Assembly (NCBI GenBank): GCA_963815215.1
Contig: CAWFFU010000004.1
Span: forward strand, 1 to 64,000
Length of the DNA: 64,000 bases
From: an uncultured Trueperaceae bacterium
GTDB taxonomy: Bacteria; Deinococcota; Deinococci; Deinococcales; Trueperaceae
Reading direction: 5' to 3'
Shown here: positions 33,107 to 42,774 of the stretch, piece by piece
Layout: each line of letters starts with the position of its first letter
Numbering within the stretch: position 1 is the stretch's first letter
Position numbers and translations under genes: made by a program
The notes under the pieces: generated by a model
Told to the model about the DNA's origin: nothing
The model's database searches: none
The model's input: the letters and a program-made list of their open reading frames with translations, nothing else

Positions 33107-35014
33107 GTGACCGCTCGCGTCGCCACGTCGCCTCCGGATACCGGCCGGGTCGTGCTGGGCCGCACCCTCCCCTCGCTCCTCGATGAGGCCGCGCTGCGAC
33201 GCCCCAACGCCCATGCCCTGAACCAGCGCGTGGACGGCGGTTGGGAGTCCCTCTCCACCGAGGTCTTCCGACAGCGCGCCGACGCCCTGGCGCTCGGACT
33301 CCGTGCCCGGGGCCTGGAGCGGGGCGACCGCGTCGCCTTCTTCACGCACAGCGACGTCTCCTTCGTGGTCGGTGACATGGCCTGTCTGCTGGCGGGGCTG
33401 ATCACCGTCCCGATCTACCTCACGCACGCCGAGGCCGCCATCCGCCACATCCTGCGCCAGTCCGGCGCGCGCGCTCTGCTGGTCTCGAGCCCCGAGCTGT
33501 TGGAGCGTCTCGGCGGCCTCCTGAGCGAGGCCGAGGCGCTGACGCTGGTCGCCCTGTGGGAGGGCGCGCCGCTCGCCGCCCCGGTCCGATCGGGGCCGGC
33601 CGAGCGTGCCGTCGTCACCAGCTACGCCGCCCTGGAGGAGGAGGGAGCGCGCGTGCTCGCCGCCGATCCCGCGGCCGGCGCGGCGCTTCGGGACGCCATC
33701 GGCGCCGAGGACGTGGCCACGCTGATCTACACCTCGGGCACCACGGGGCTTCCCAAGGGCGTCATGCTCACCCACCAGAACCTCTCGTCCAACGTCGTGG
33801 CCGCCTTCACCGGACTCCCCACGTACCATCCCGGCGAGGCGGAGGTGGTGCTGTCCTTCCTGCCGCTCACGCACATCTTCGCTCGCACGCTGCAGTACGG
33901 GGTGATGTGGTACGGCTCGAGCGTCTACTTCAGCGATCCGGCCCGTGTCGGCGAGGACCTCGTGGATGTCCGGCCCACCTTCTTCGCCTCCGTCCCGCGG
34001 GTGTTGGAGAAGGCCTACGAGCGCATCCAGGCAGCCGGCGCTGCGCTGAGTGGGTGGCGCGGCGGGTTGGCCGCGTGGGCCCTCGCGCGGGCGCGCGCGT
34101 TCGACGTCGAGCACCCGCCCCGCGGTGGAGCGGCACTGGCCCACGCGCTCGCCGAGCGCCTGGTCTACCGACGCTGGCGGGAGGCGCTGGGCGGGCGGTT
34201 GAGAACCGTGATCGTAGGTGGCGCGGCGCTTCGCGCCGAGCTCGCTGTCGTCTTCAAGGCCGCCGGGATCGACGTACTGCAGGGCTACGGGCTGACCGAG
34301 ACCAGTCCTGTGATCGCCTTCAACCGGCCCGAGCACAACCGTCCGGGGACGGTGGGGGTAGCACTGGCGGGTACGGAGGTGGCCGTGTCCGGCGAGGGCG
34401 AGGTGTTGGCGCGCGGCCCGCACATCATGAAGGGCTATTACCTGCGTGACGACCTCACTGCCGAGGTGATCGACGCCGACGGCTGGTTCCACACCGGCGA
34501 CCTGGGCGCGATCGAGGACGGCGGATATGTGCGCATCACCGGGAGGATCAAGCACCTGTTCAAGCTCTCGACCGGAAAGTACGTGATGCCGCGACCGATC
34601 GAGCAGCGGCTCGAGGCCAGCCCGCTCGTCGATACCGCCCTGGTCATCGGTGAGGGCGAGAAGTACTGCACCGCCCTGCTGTTCGTGGCGCGATCGGCGC
34701 TCGAGGAGGGACTCGCGCTCGAGGCGGGACTCGCGTTCGAGGAGGGGCGTCCGCTCGAGGCTGCGGCGCTCGCCCGGGCCGACGTGCAGGGCCGCTACCG
34801 CGACCTCGTCGCTGCCGCCAACCGCGACATGCCGCACTGGTCGACGGTCAAACGCTTCGCCCTGGTACCCGAAGAGCTGACGATGGAGAGCGGACACGTC
34901 ACCCCCAAGCTGAGCATCCGGCGCGATACCGTCCTGCACGCCTATGCCGGCGTGGTCGACGCGCTGTACCGTGGCGGTCGGGCGCCGGCGGGAGTGGTAG
35001 TGGTGGAGGTCTGA
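33107..35014 (+). CDS. Long-chain fatty acid--CoA ligase
   Basis: YTSGTTGLPKG, QGYGLTET, WFHTGDLG, GRIK..FKLSTGKYV; leaderless. Confidence 0.94.
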   Translation: MTARVATSPPDTGRVVLGRTLPSLLDEAALRRPNAHALNQRVDGGWESLSTEVFRQRADALALGLRARGLERGDRVAFFTHSDVSFVVGDMACLLAGLITVPIYLTHAEAAIRHILRQSGARALLVSSPELLERLGGLLSEAEALTLVALWEGAPLAAPVRSGPAERAVVTSYAALEEEGARVLAADPAAGAALRDAIGAEDVATLIYTSGTTGLPKGVMLTHQNLSSNVVAAFTGLPTYHPGEAEVVLSFLPLTHIFARTLQYGVMWYGSSVYFSDPARVGEDLVDVRPTFFASVPRVLEKAYERIQAAGAALSGWRGGLAAWALARARAFDVEHPPRGGAALAHALAERLVYRRWREALGGRLRTVIVGGAALRAELAVVFKAAGIDVLQGYGLTETSPVIAFNRPEHNRPGTVGVALAGTEVAVSGEGEVLARGPHIMKGYYLRDDLTAEVIDADGWFHTGDLGAIEDGGYVRITGRIKHLFKLSTGKYVMPRPIEQRLEASPLVDTALVIGEGEKYCTALLFVARSALEEGLALEAGLAFEEGRPLEAAALARADVQGRYRDLVAAANRDMPHWSTVKRFALVPEELTMESGHVTPKLSIRRDTVLHAYAGVVDALYRGGRAPAGVVVVEV

Positions 35015-35020
35015 GCCCGA

Positions 35021-36727
35021 TCAGGCGCTGAGCCGGAGCGGGAGCGGGAGCGTGCCCGACGTCACCAGCTCGTCGGGCCGGGGCAACTGCAGCGCGTCCA
35101 GCGGCGCGGGCCGGGCGATGAGATAGCCCTGGGCTTGATCGCAGCCGATGCGGCGGATGCTGTCGAGCTGGCCGCACGTCTCCACGCCCTCGGCGACGAC
35201 CGTCTTGCCCAGCGCGTGCCCCAGCGACACCACGGCGGCGACGACGTCGTAGGCGCCGTCGAGGGGGAGCGTGTCGAGGGCCTGGATGAAGACGCGGTCG
35301 AGCTTGAGGATGTCCGCCGGGATCTCGCGCAGGTAGGCCAGCGAGGAGTAGCCGACGCCGAAGTCGTCGATGGCGATGCGCACGCCCAGGGAGCGCAGGC
35401 GCGCGAGGTGCCCCAGGGCCGCGTCCCGGTGCCCGAGCAGCGCTTCCTCGGTGAGCTCGATCTCCAGAAGTTCAGGGGCGAGTCCCGCGCCGTGGAGCGC
35501 CGCCAGGACGTCCTCGGCGAATCCGGGTTGGGCCGCGTGGGAGGGCGAGATGTTGACGCTGACCCGGGGAGGCTCCCCGCTGCCGTCCGTCGCCGTCCAG
35601 GCCGCAGCGTCTCGACATGCCGACGCCAGCACCCAGCGGCCAAGGGTCCCCGTCAGCCCGAGCTCCTCGGCGAGCTCCACGATCGTGGTCGGCGGCACGG
35701 CGCCGAGGTCCTCGTGGCGCCAGCGCAGGAGTGCCTCGAGCGCTGCGGTGCGGCCGGTATCGAGGTCGACGATGGGCTGGTAGACCAGGGTGAACGCGTC
35801 GCCCTCGAGCGCGGCGCCCAGATCGCGGCGCAGGCGCATCCGCTGCGCTTCCTCGCGGCCGCCCTCGCCGAAGAAGCGCACGCCGTTCTTGCCCTGCCAC
35901 TTGACGCGGTACATGGCGTTGTCGGCGCGACCGACGAGCTCCTCCACCGTTCGGCCGTCCCGCGGGAAGAAGCTGATGCCGATACTGGCGCGCATCCGGA
36001 CCGACCCGGTCCCGACGGCGTGCGGCTCGTTCAGCGCGCCGAGCACGTGCTGCGCGACCGTCATGGCGTCCTCGGGGCTCTTGATCCCCTTCAGGACGGC
36101 GACGAACTCGTCGCCGCCGAGCCGGCCCACCAGGTCGCCGCCGCGGGTGTGCTCGGTCAGCCGCCGGGCCACGGACTTCAGGAGCTCGTCGCCGGCTTCG
36201 TGCCCGAGCGTGTCGTTGATGGCCTTGAAGCGGTCCAGGTCGACGAACATGACGCCGATGACGTCGGCGTCGGCGTCGGAGAGCTCGAGCAGCTCCGCGA
36301 GCTGCCGGCTGAGCGAGCTCCGGTTCAGGAGTCCCGTGAGGACGTCTCGATCCGCCTGCGCCTGGATGGTGGCGTTCTGATGCTCCAACCTGCGGCGCAG
36401 ATCCCGCAGGTAGCCGATCAGCCCTCCCAGGCCGAGCGCGACCATGAGCGGGACCACGACGTTGCCGACGGTGGGCGCCATGGCCAGGAACTGCCAGTAG
36501 AGCAGCGTGTTGGCAGCCGTCGTCAGGATCGCCAGGACGACGCCGGCACGCGTGCCGCACAGCCAGGCCGAACCCATCACGATAGCGAAGCTCACGACCG
36601 CCACGGTGCTGCCGATGTGTTGGGTGAGGAACGGGAAGCCGACCACGTAGGCCGCCAAGGCCGCGGCGATGACGGCGTACTTGACCGTACGACCTGCGGT
36701 GGGCGAGAGGGCCGACGAGGGGGTCAT
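35021..36727 (-). CDS. Membrane-anchored diguanylate cyclase/phosphodiesterase (GGDEF-EAL)
   Basis: N-terminal TM segments, RGGD I-site, GGDEF, EALLR, DDFG. Confidence 0.94.
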   Translation of the reverse strand: MTPSSALSPTAGRTVKYAVIAAALAAYVVGFPFLTQHIGSTVAVVSFAIVMGSAWLCGTRAGVVLAILTTAANTLLYWQFLAMAPTVGNVVVPLMVALGLGGLIGYLRDLRRRLEHQNATIQAQADRDVLTGLLNRSSLSRQLAELLELSDADADVIGVMFVDLDRFKAINDTLGHEAGDELLKSVARRLTEHTRGGDLVGRLGGDEFVAVLKGIKSPEDAMTVAQHVLGALNEPHAVGTGSVRMRASIGISFFPRDGRTVEELVGRADNAMYRVKWQGKNGVRFFGEGGREEAQRMRLRRDLGAALEGDAFTLVYQPIVDLDTGRTAALEALLRWRHEDLGAVPPTTIVELAEELGLTGTLGRWVLASACRDAAAWTATDGSGEPPRVSVNISPSHAAQPGFAEDVLAALHGAGLAPELLEIELTEEALLGHRDAALGHLARLRSLGVRIAIDDFGVGYSSLAYLREIPADILKLDRVFIQALDTLPLDGAYDVVAAVVSLGHALGKTVVAEGVETCGQLDSIRRIGCDQAQGYLIARPAPLDALQLPRPDELVTSGTLPLPLRLSA

Positions 36728-36787
36728 GCGGTCACGCTAGCACCGGCCCTCTGACTGCACGATGATTAATCTCCGTTTCAGGTTCGT

Positions 36788-37728
<941 letters not shown>

Positions 37729-37732
<4 letters not shown>

Positions 37733-38781
37733 CGCGGCACCGCCGACCCGACCGGTTGCTGTTGCGTCACGCAGTGGAAGGCGCCGCCACCGCTGATGAG
37801 GTGGGCGCCGGACAGCCCGGTCACCTCGCGCCCCGGGAACAGCGGACGGAGCGTCGCCAGCGCGCCCGCGTCGTTCTCGTCATCATAGAGGGGCACGGCG
37901 ACGAAGCCGTTGCCGATGTAGAAGTTGGCGTAGCTGGGCGGCAGGCGCGTGCCGGAGAGCTCCATGCGCCGCCGCGGCAGCGGCAGCGGGACCACTCGAT
38001 AGGGCGCGCCATCGGGGTCACGCAGCGCTCGGAGCGCCTCCAGGTTGTGGCGGGTGGGGCCGTGGTTGGGGTCGGAGGGGTCCGCCTCGTAGGCGCACAC
38101 CAGGGTGCGGTCGTCGGTGAAGCGCACCAGTGTGTCGATGTGGCCGTCGGTGTGGTCGCCCTCCAGCGATCCCTGCAGCCACACGACGCGCTTCACGCCC
38201 AGGGTGTCGCGGAGCAGCTCCTCCAGGTCGTCCTCGGTGAGACCCGGATTGCGCTCGCGCGACAGCAGGCAGGAGCGCGTGGTGAGGCACAGGCCCTCGC
38301 CGTTCACCTCCAGGGAGCCACCCTCCATCACGACGGGGATCTCGAAGCGACGCATGCCCAGGTGCGCCGAGACCGCCTGCGGTGCGCGGTCGTCGTCGTC
38401 CCAGGGGGCGTACTTCCGACCCCAGGCGTTGAAGCGCCAGTCGGTGAGTGCCACCTGGCCGCGACCGTCGGTCACGAAGATCGGCCCGTTGTCGCGGAAC
38501 CAGGCGTCGTTGAGCGGCAGGCGGTGGAAGGCGATGCGTTCGAGCGGGGCGCCCAACGCCTGCAGCCGGCGACGGGCGTCGGCCTCGGCCTCGTCGTCGC
38601 GGACGTTGACGACCACCGGCTCGTAGCGGGCGACCAGGGCGACCAGCCCCGCCACGTCATCACGAACCCCGTCGAGCTGGCCCTCCCAGAGGGCGTCGTC
38701 GAACGGCCAGCTGGTCCAGGTGGCGGCGTGCGGCGCCCATTCGGGCGGCAACGAGAATCCCAGATCGGCAGGGCTGCGCAT
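37729..38781 (-). CDS. aguA: Agmatine deiminase
   Basis: PPEW, WFRDNGP, EGGS, DHTDGHID, SYANF, GGAFHCVTQQ. Confidence 0.95.
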
Positions 38782-39055
38782 GCTGACCGATGCTATCAGA
38801 GCCGGAGCGTCGTGCCGTCGGCGCGTCCGTCGGAAGGAGCGGCGCCGCGCGCGGTCGGTTCCCGGCGACCGCGCAGTCGTGTCGGTACGGCTTTCGAGCG
38901 CGCTCCGGACGTGCTAGAGTACGCGCGCTCGACGCTCGTTCGAGTGCCGGTCGGCGCGTTCCCGAGGGGTGCCGCCACGATCGGCACGGCGAGTCCGAGG
39001 GCGCGGCCGGACGGCGCTCGGCGCGGCGCCGTGCGCGTGCGCCGGGAGGGCCCGA

Positions 39056-40975
39056 TTGAACCACCCCACCAAGCCCAGCGAGCCCATCTTCAAGGTCTCG
39101 GACGCCGTGGAGCTGTACGGAGTCCGTACCTGGTCGAACGGCTACTTCGACGTGTCCGGGCTGGGCGAGCTGACCGTTGCCGTCCGTGATTCCGGCTCGG
39201 TCTCGCTCAAGCGCATCATCGACGACCTGCGCGAGAACGGTCATGCGCTGCCGGTGATCCTGCGCTTCCCCGACGTGCTCGAGGATCGCATCGACCGGGT
39301 CAACGCCGCCTTCGCCGACGCCATCGCCGAGGCCGGGTACCAGGGTCGCTACCAGGGCGTGTTCCCGATCAAGGTGAACCAGCGCCGGGTGGTGGTGGAG
39401 ACCGTCGCGACCTACGGGGAGAACTACCGTACCGGCCTGGAGGCCGGCAGCAAGGCGGAGCTGGCGCTGGCGCTGGCGCAAGAGGGGCACCCCGAGTCGC
39501 TGGTGTGCTGCAACGGCTTCAAGGACGACGACTTCATCCGGCTGGCCCTGTGGGGACGCAAGCTCGGGCGCAACGTGATCATCACGCTCGAGAAGTACTC
39601 GGAGCTCGAGCGTGTGTTGCGCATCAGTCGGGAGATGGGGGTGCGGCCCGCGCTGGGCGCGCGCTTCAAGCTCCACGCGCGCGGCAGCGGGCAGTGGGAG
39701 GCCTCCGGCGGCGACGACGCCAAGTTCGGGCTCACCGCGGCGGAGCTGCTCAACGTGGCGCGCCGGCTCGAGGAGGAGGACCTGAGCGACGCCTTGGAGT
39801 TGCTCCACTGCCACGTCGGCAGTCAGCTCACCGACATCCGGCGCATCCGGGTGGCGGTGCGGGAGGCGGCCCAGGCGTATGTCGAACTCGCCGAGATGGG
39901 GGTCGGCGTCCGCTACCTCGACGTGGGCGGTGGTCTTGCTGTCGACTACGACGGCAGCAAGACCACCTTCTACGTGTCGGCCAACTACGGCCTGCGCGAG
40001 TACGCCGACACCGTGGTGTACACGGTCATGGAGGCCTGCCAGGAGTGGGAGGTGCCGCAGCCGACCCTGGTGACGGAGTCGGGGCGCGCCCTCACGGCGC
40101 ACCACGCGGTGCTGGTGCTGCCGGTGATCGACGCCATCGGGCCGACGCGCGACACCCTCGAGCTGCCGGAACTCGAGGGGGAGGTGCACTCGCTCGTGCG
40201 GGACATGCGCGACCTGCTCGACGGGATCACCATCAAGACCTACCGGGAGGTCTACAACGAGGCCGTCAGCAACAAGGACACCATGCACAGCCTGTTCGAC
40301 CTCGGTTACCTGAGCCTGCTGGAGCGCGCCCACTTCGAACAGCTCTTCAACCGCATCATGGTGCGGGTGGCGAAGGTGGTGGAGAACCTCGAGTACATCC
40401 CCGACGAGTTCGAGGCGCTGCCGAGACACCTGGCGGACACGTACGTCGTCAACTTCAGCGTCTTCCAGAGCCTCCCCGACCACTGGGCGATCCACCAGCT
40501 GTTCCCGATCATGCCGCTGCACCGGCTCGACGAGCGCCCCACGCGCAACGCCACCTTGGTGGACATCAGCTGCGACTCCGACGGCAAGATCGACCGCTTC
40601 ATCGACCTCCGCGATGTGAAGAGCACCCTGAGGGTCCACCAGCTCCGCCCGGGCGAGCCCTACTACCTGGGCGCCTTCCTCACCGGCGCCTACCAGGACG
40701 TGCTCGGGAACGCCCATAACCTGTTCGGGCGCGTCAACGAGGCCCACATCCGGCTCGACGGGGAGGGCTACCGGCTCGAGCGCTTCATCAACGGTCAGAA
40801 GGCGCGCCGCGTCATCGAGAACATGGGCTACGAGACCCCGCTCCTCCACGGCGCCCTGGCCCGACTCGCGAGCGAGGGGACGGCGGCGGGAAGGCTGAGC
40901 GAGGCCGAGCGCACCGAGTTGCTGGAGCTCTACGACGCGGAGCTGGTGGGCTACACCTACCTGGAGGCGATGTGA
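39056..40975 (+). CDS. speA: Biosynthetic arginine decarboxylase
   Basis: FPIKVNQ, GLEAGSKAE, DVGGGL, ESGRA, CDSDG, GAYQ; TTG start after GGGAGG. Confidence 0.95.
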   Translation: MNHPTKPSEPIFKVSDAVELYGVRTWSNGYFDVSGLGELTVAVRDSGSVSLKRIIDDLRENGHALPVILRFPDVLEDRIDRVNAAFADAIAEAGYQGRYQGVFPIKVNQRRVVVETVATYGENYRTGLEAGSKAELALALAQEGHPESLVCCNGFKDDDFIRLALWGRKLGRNVIITLEKYSELERVLRISREMGVRPALGARFKLHARGSGQWEASGGDDAKFGLTAAELLNVARRLEEEDLSDALELLHCHVGSQLTDIRRIRVAVREAAQAYVELAEMGVGVRYLDVGGGLAVDYDGSKTTFYVSANYGLREYADTVVYTVMEACQEWEVPQPTLVTESGRALTAHHAVLVLPVIDAIGPTRDTLELPELEGEVHSLVRDMRDLLDGITIKTYREVYNEAVSNKDTMHSLFDLGYLSLLERAHFEQLFNRIMVRVAKVVENLEYIPDEFEALPRHLADTYVVNFSVFQSLPDHWAIHQLFPIMPLHRLDERPTRNATLVDISCDSDGKIDRFIDLRDVKSTLRVHQLRPGEPYYLGAFLTGAYQDVLGNAHNLFGRVNEAHIRLDGEGYRLERFINGQKARRVIENMGYETPLLHGALARLASEGTAAGRLSEAERTELLELYDAELVGYTYLEAM

Positions 40976-41412
40976 GCGTCGGCGGGCGGCGGCCCATCGC
41001 CGGCGCGGTGCTGTGGAACCCCGATGGGACCGTCCTGCTCCAGCATCGCGACGACGTGGCCGGAGTCAAGGACGCCGGCAAGTGGTCGCTCTTCGGCGGC
41101 GGTATCGAACCCGGCGAGGATCCCGAGACGGCCATGCTCAGGGAGCTCGACGAAGAGATCGGCTACCGCCCGGAGCGCTACCACCTCTTCCTGGTGCTGT
41201 ACGCGCGCGACGCGGACTTCCACCTGTTCCTGGCCATGATCGAGGAGCCGATCGAGCGCTTGCGGCTCACCGAGGGACAGGGGTTCGCCTACCTGACGCC
41301 GGAGGCCGCGCTCGCCGACCTCGAACTCTCGGACACGGCGCGCGCAGCTCTGGGCGCGCTCCAGATCTATCGCGGGTTCCGGGCCGGGCAGGGGCTGCCG
41401 GGCCCGCTGTAG
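40972..41412 (+). CDS. NUDIX hydrolase
   Basis: GGGIEPGEDPETAMLRELDEEIG; GTGA overlap with speA. Confidence 0.9.
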   Translation: MSVGGRRPIAGAVLWNPDGTVLLQHRDDVAGVKDAGKWSLFGGGIEPGEDPETAMLRELDEEIGYRPERYHLFLVLYARDADFHLFLAMIEEPIERLRLTEGQGFAYLTPEAALADLELSDTARAALGALQIYRGFRAGQGLPGPL

Positions 41413-41485
41413 GACCCGGAACGGCCGACTTGGGGCCCGTTTCGGGCTGTTTCCGCCGTGAGGGAGGGCGCTGCGGCGCAAAGTC

Positions 41486-41514
41486 TTGACGAATAGCGAA
41501 TACCGGGGTATGTT
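41486..41514 (+). promoter_or_regulatory. Consensus-like sigma70 promoter with no downstream gene
   Basis: TTGACG-N17-TATGTT. Confidence 0.55.
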
Positions 41515-41522
41515 GACTTTAT

Positions 41523-41551
41523 AGGCGCTCGCAGGGAGCGCTTCTTTTTTT
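41523..41551 (+). terminator. Intrinsic terminator
   Basis: AGGCGCTC-GCAGG-GAGCGCTT-C-T7. Confidence 0.85.
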
Positions 41552-41655
41552 GTCTCGAGGTTGCGACCCGCTCCGCGTTCCCTATGACCCGGCGGTGGTA
41601 CGGCAACCCGATGGCCCGCAGGCCCACCCGCACGAGCAGAGGACCGCCCGCGCCA

Positions 41656-41697
41656 CCGCCTGGTACGCGCCGCCTGGAATGCGCCGCCTGGTACGCG
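41656..41697. repeat. 14-bp tandem repeat CCGCCTGG(T/A)A(C/T)GCG, 3 copies
   Basis: Seen directly. Confidence 0.85.
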
Positions 41698-41721
41698 CCC
41701 CGGAAGGTGTGTGGGAGTCGC

Positions 41722-42474
41722 TTAGAACGCGATCGTGTCGCCGTCGGCGCCGAGCGTCGTGTCGGCGAAGTGGCGCCGCGCCTCGTCGAGGGTCGTTGTC
41801 GCGTCGCCACGGTTGGGCGCGATGTGGACGAGTCGCAGGTGGCGCACGCCCGCCCTGGCCGCCACGCTCGCCGCGTCTACGGCGCCGGTGTGGCCCGGTC
41901 CGCGCCCGGTGGCCTCATGCACCAGCACGTCGGCGCCGTGTGCCAGCCGCTCGATGGCCTCGCAGGGCTCGGTGTCGGCCGAGTACACCATCACGCCTCC
42001 GCCGTGCCGGTCGACGATGCGCAGGCCGGTGACGGGCACGGCGTGGCACCCCGGGGTGGCAGTGATCTCCCAGTCCTCGTTGCGCAGCACCATGGCGTCT
42101 TCGAGCAGCGCGACCTCGTGGTAGCGGATGTCGGGGTAGCCGGGCCAGTCGGAGGTATCGAAGGTGTCGTGGAGACGGCGCACCTGATCGATGGCGGGGG
42201 CGATACCGTAGACATCGAGCGGCCGCGAGCGGCCGGCGAGCCACAGCCGCTCCATCATGAGCGGGAAGCCCGACACGTGGTCGGCGTGCTCGTGCGTCAC
42301 CACCAGGGCAGTCACCCGATCGAGGTCGAGGCCGTGCGCGAGGAGCCACCGCACGACGTCGCCGCCGCAGTCGATGACGACGGTGGACGCGGGCCCGCTC
42401 ACGGCCAGCATGGTCGTGGTGCGAGCGGCGTCCGAGATCGCTGCCCCCGTGCCCAGGAGATGAAGCGTTGCCAT
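41722..42474 (-). CDS. MBL-fold metallohydrolase, RNase Z-like
   Basis: LLGTG, IDCG, THEHADH, YSADT, HEAT, LVH; SD GGAGG. Confidence 0.9.
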   Translation of the reverse strand: MATLHLLGTGAAISDAARTTTMLAVSGPASTVVIDCGGDVVRWLLAHGLDLDRVTALVVTHEHADHVSGFPLMMERLWLAGRSRPLDVYGIAPAIDQVRRLHDTFDTSDWPGYPDIRYHEVALLEDAMVLRNEDWEITATPGCHAVPVTGLRIVDRHGGGVMVYSADTEPCEAIERLAHGADVLVHEATGRGPGHTGAVDAASVAARAGVRHLRLVHIAPNRGDATTTLDEARRHFADTTLGADGDTIAF

Positions 42475-42689
42475 CGTTCCTGCCTCCAGAGGAAGCGCCG
42501 ATCCCCACCCCCCGACCGGCCCGGCGCACCGGGCGTGGCAGGACCGGAGCCCCGTCCTCGGCGCGTCGACGGCCATGATAGCCCTCGCTGATGGCGCCGG
42601 GCGCGCGCCTGCCACATCCACCGCGAGCGCGGCCGTGCCAGGTCCTTGGAGGGCGCGCCTGGGGCCCGCCTGGAACCCGCCTGGGCCCG

Positions 42690-42745
42690 CCGATACGCCC
42701 GATAACGCTCCGATAACGCTCCAATAACGGTCGCCTCGCTAGGCT
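42690..42745 (+). promoter_or_regulatory. 11-bp-phased direct repeats (C(G/A)ATAACG(C/G)TC) just upstream of a -10-like TAGGCT
   Basis: CGATA-CGCCC, CGATAACGCTC, CGATAACGCTC, CAATAACGGTC, then TAGGCT 42740-45. Confidence 0.6.
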
Positions 42746-42774
42746 CCGTTCGTCCTCGGACGAAAGGAGCGACC

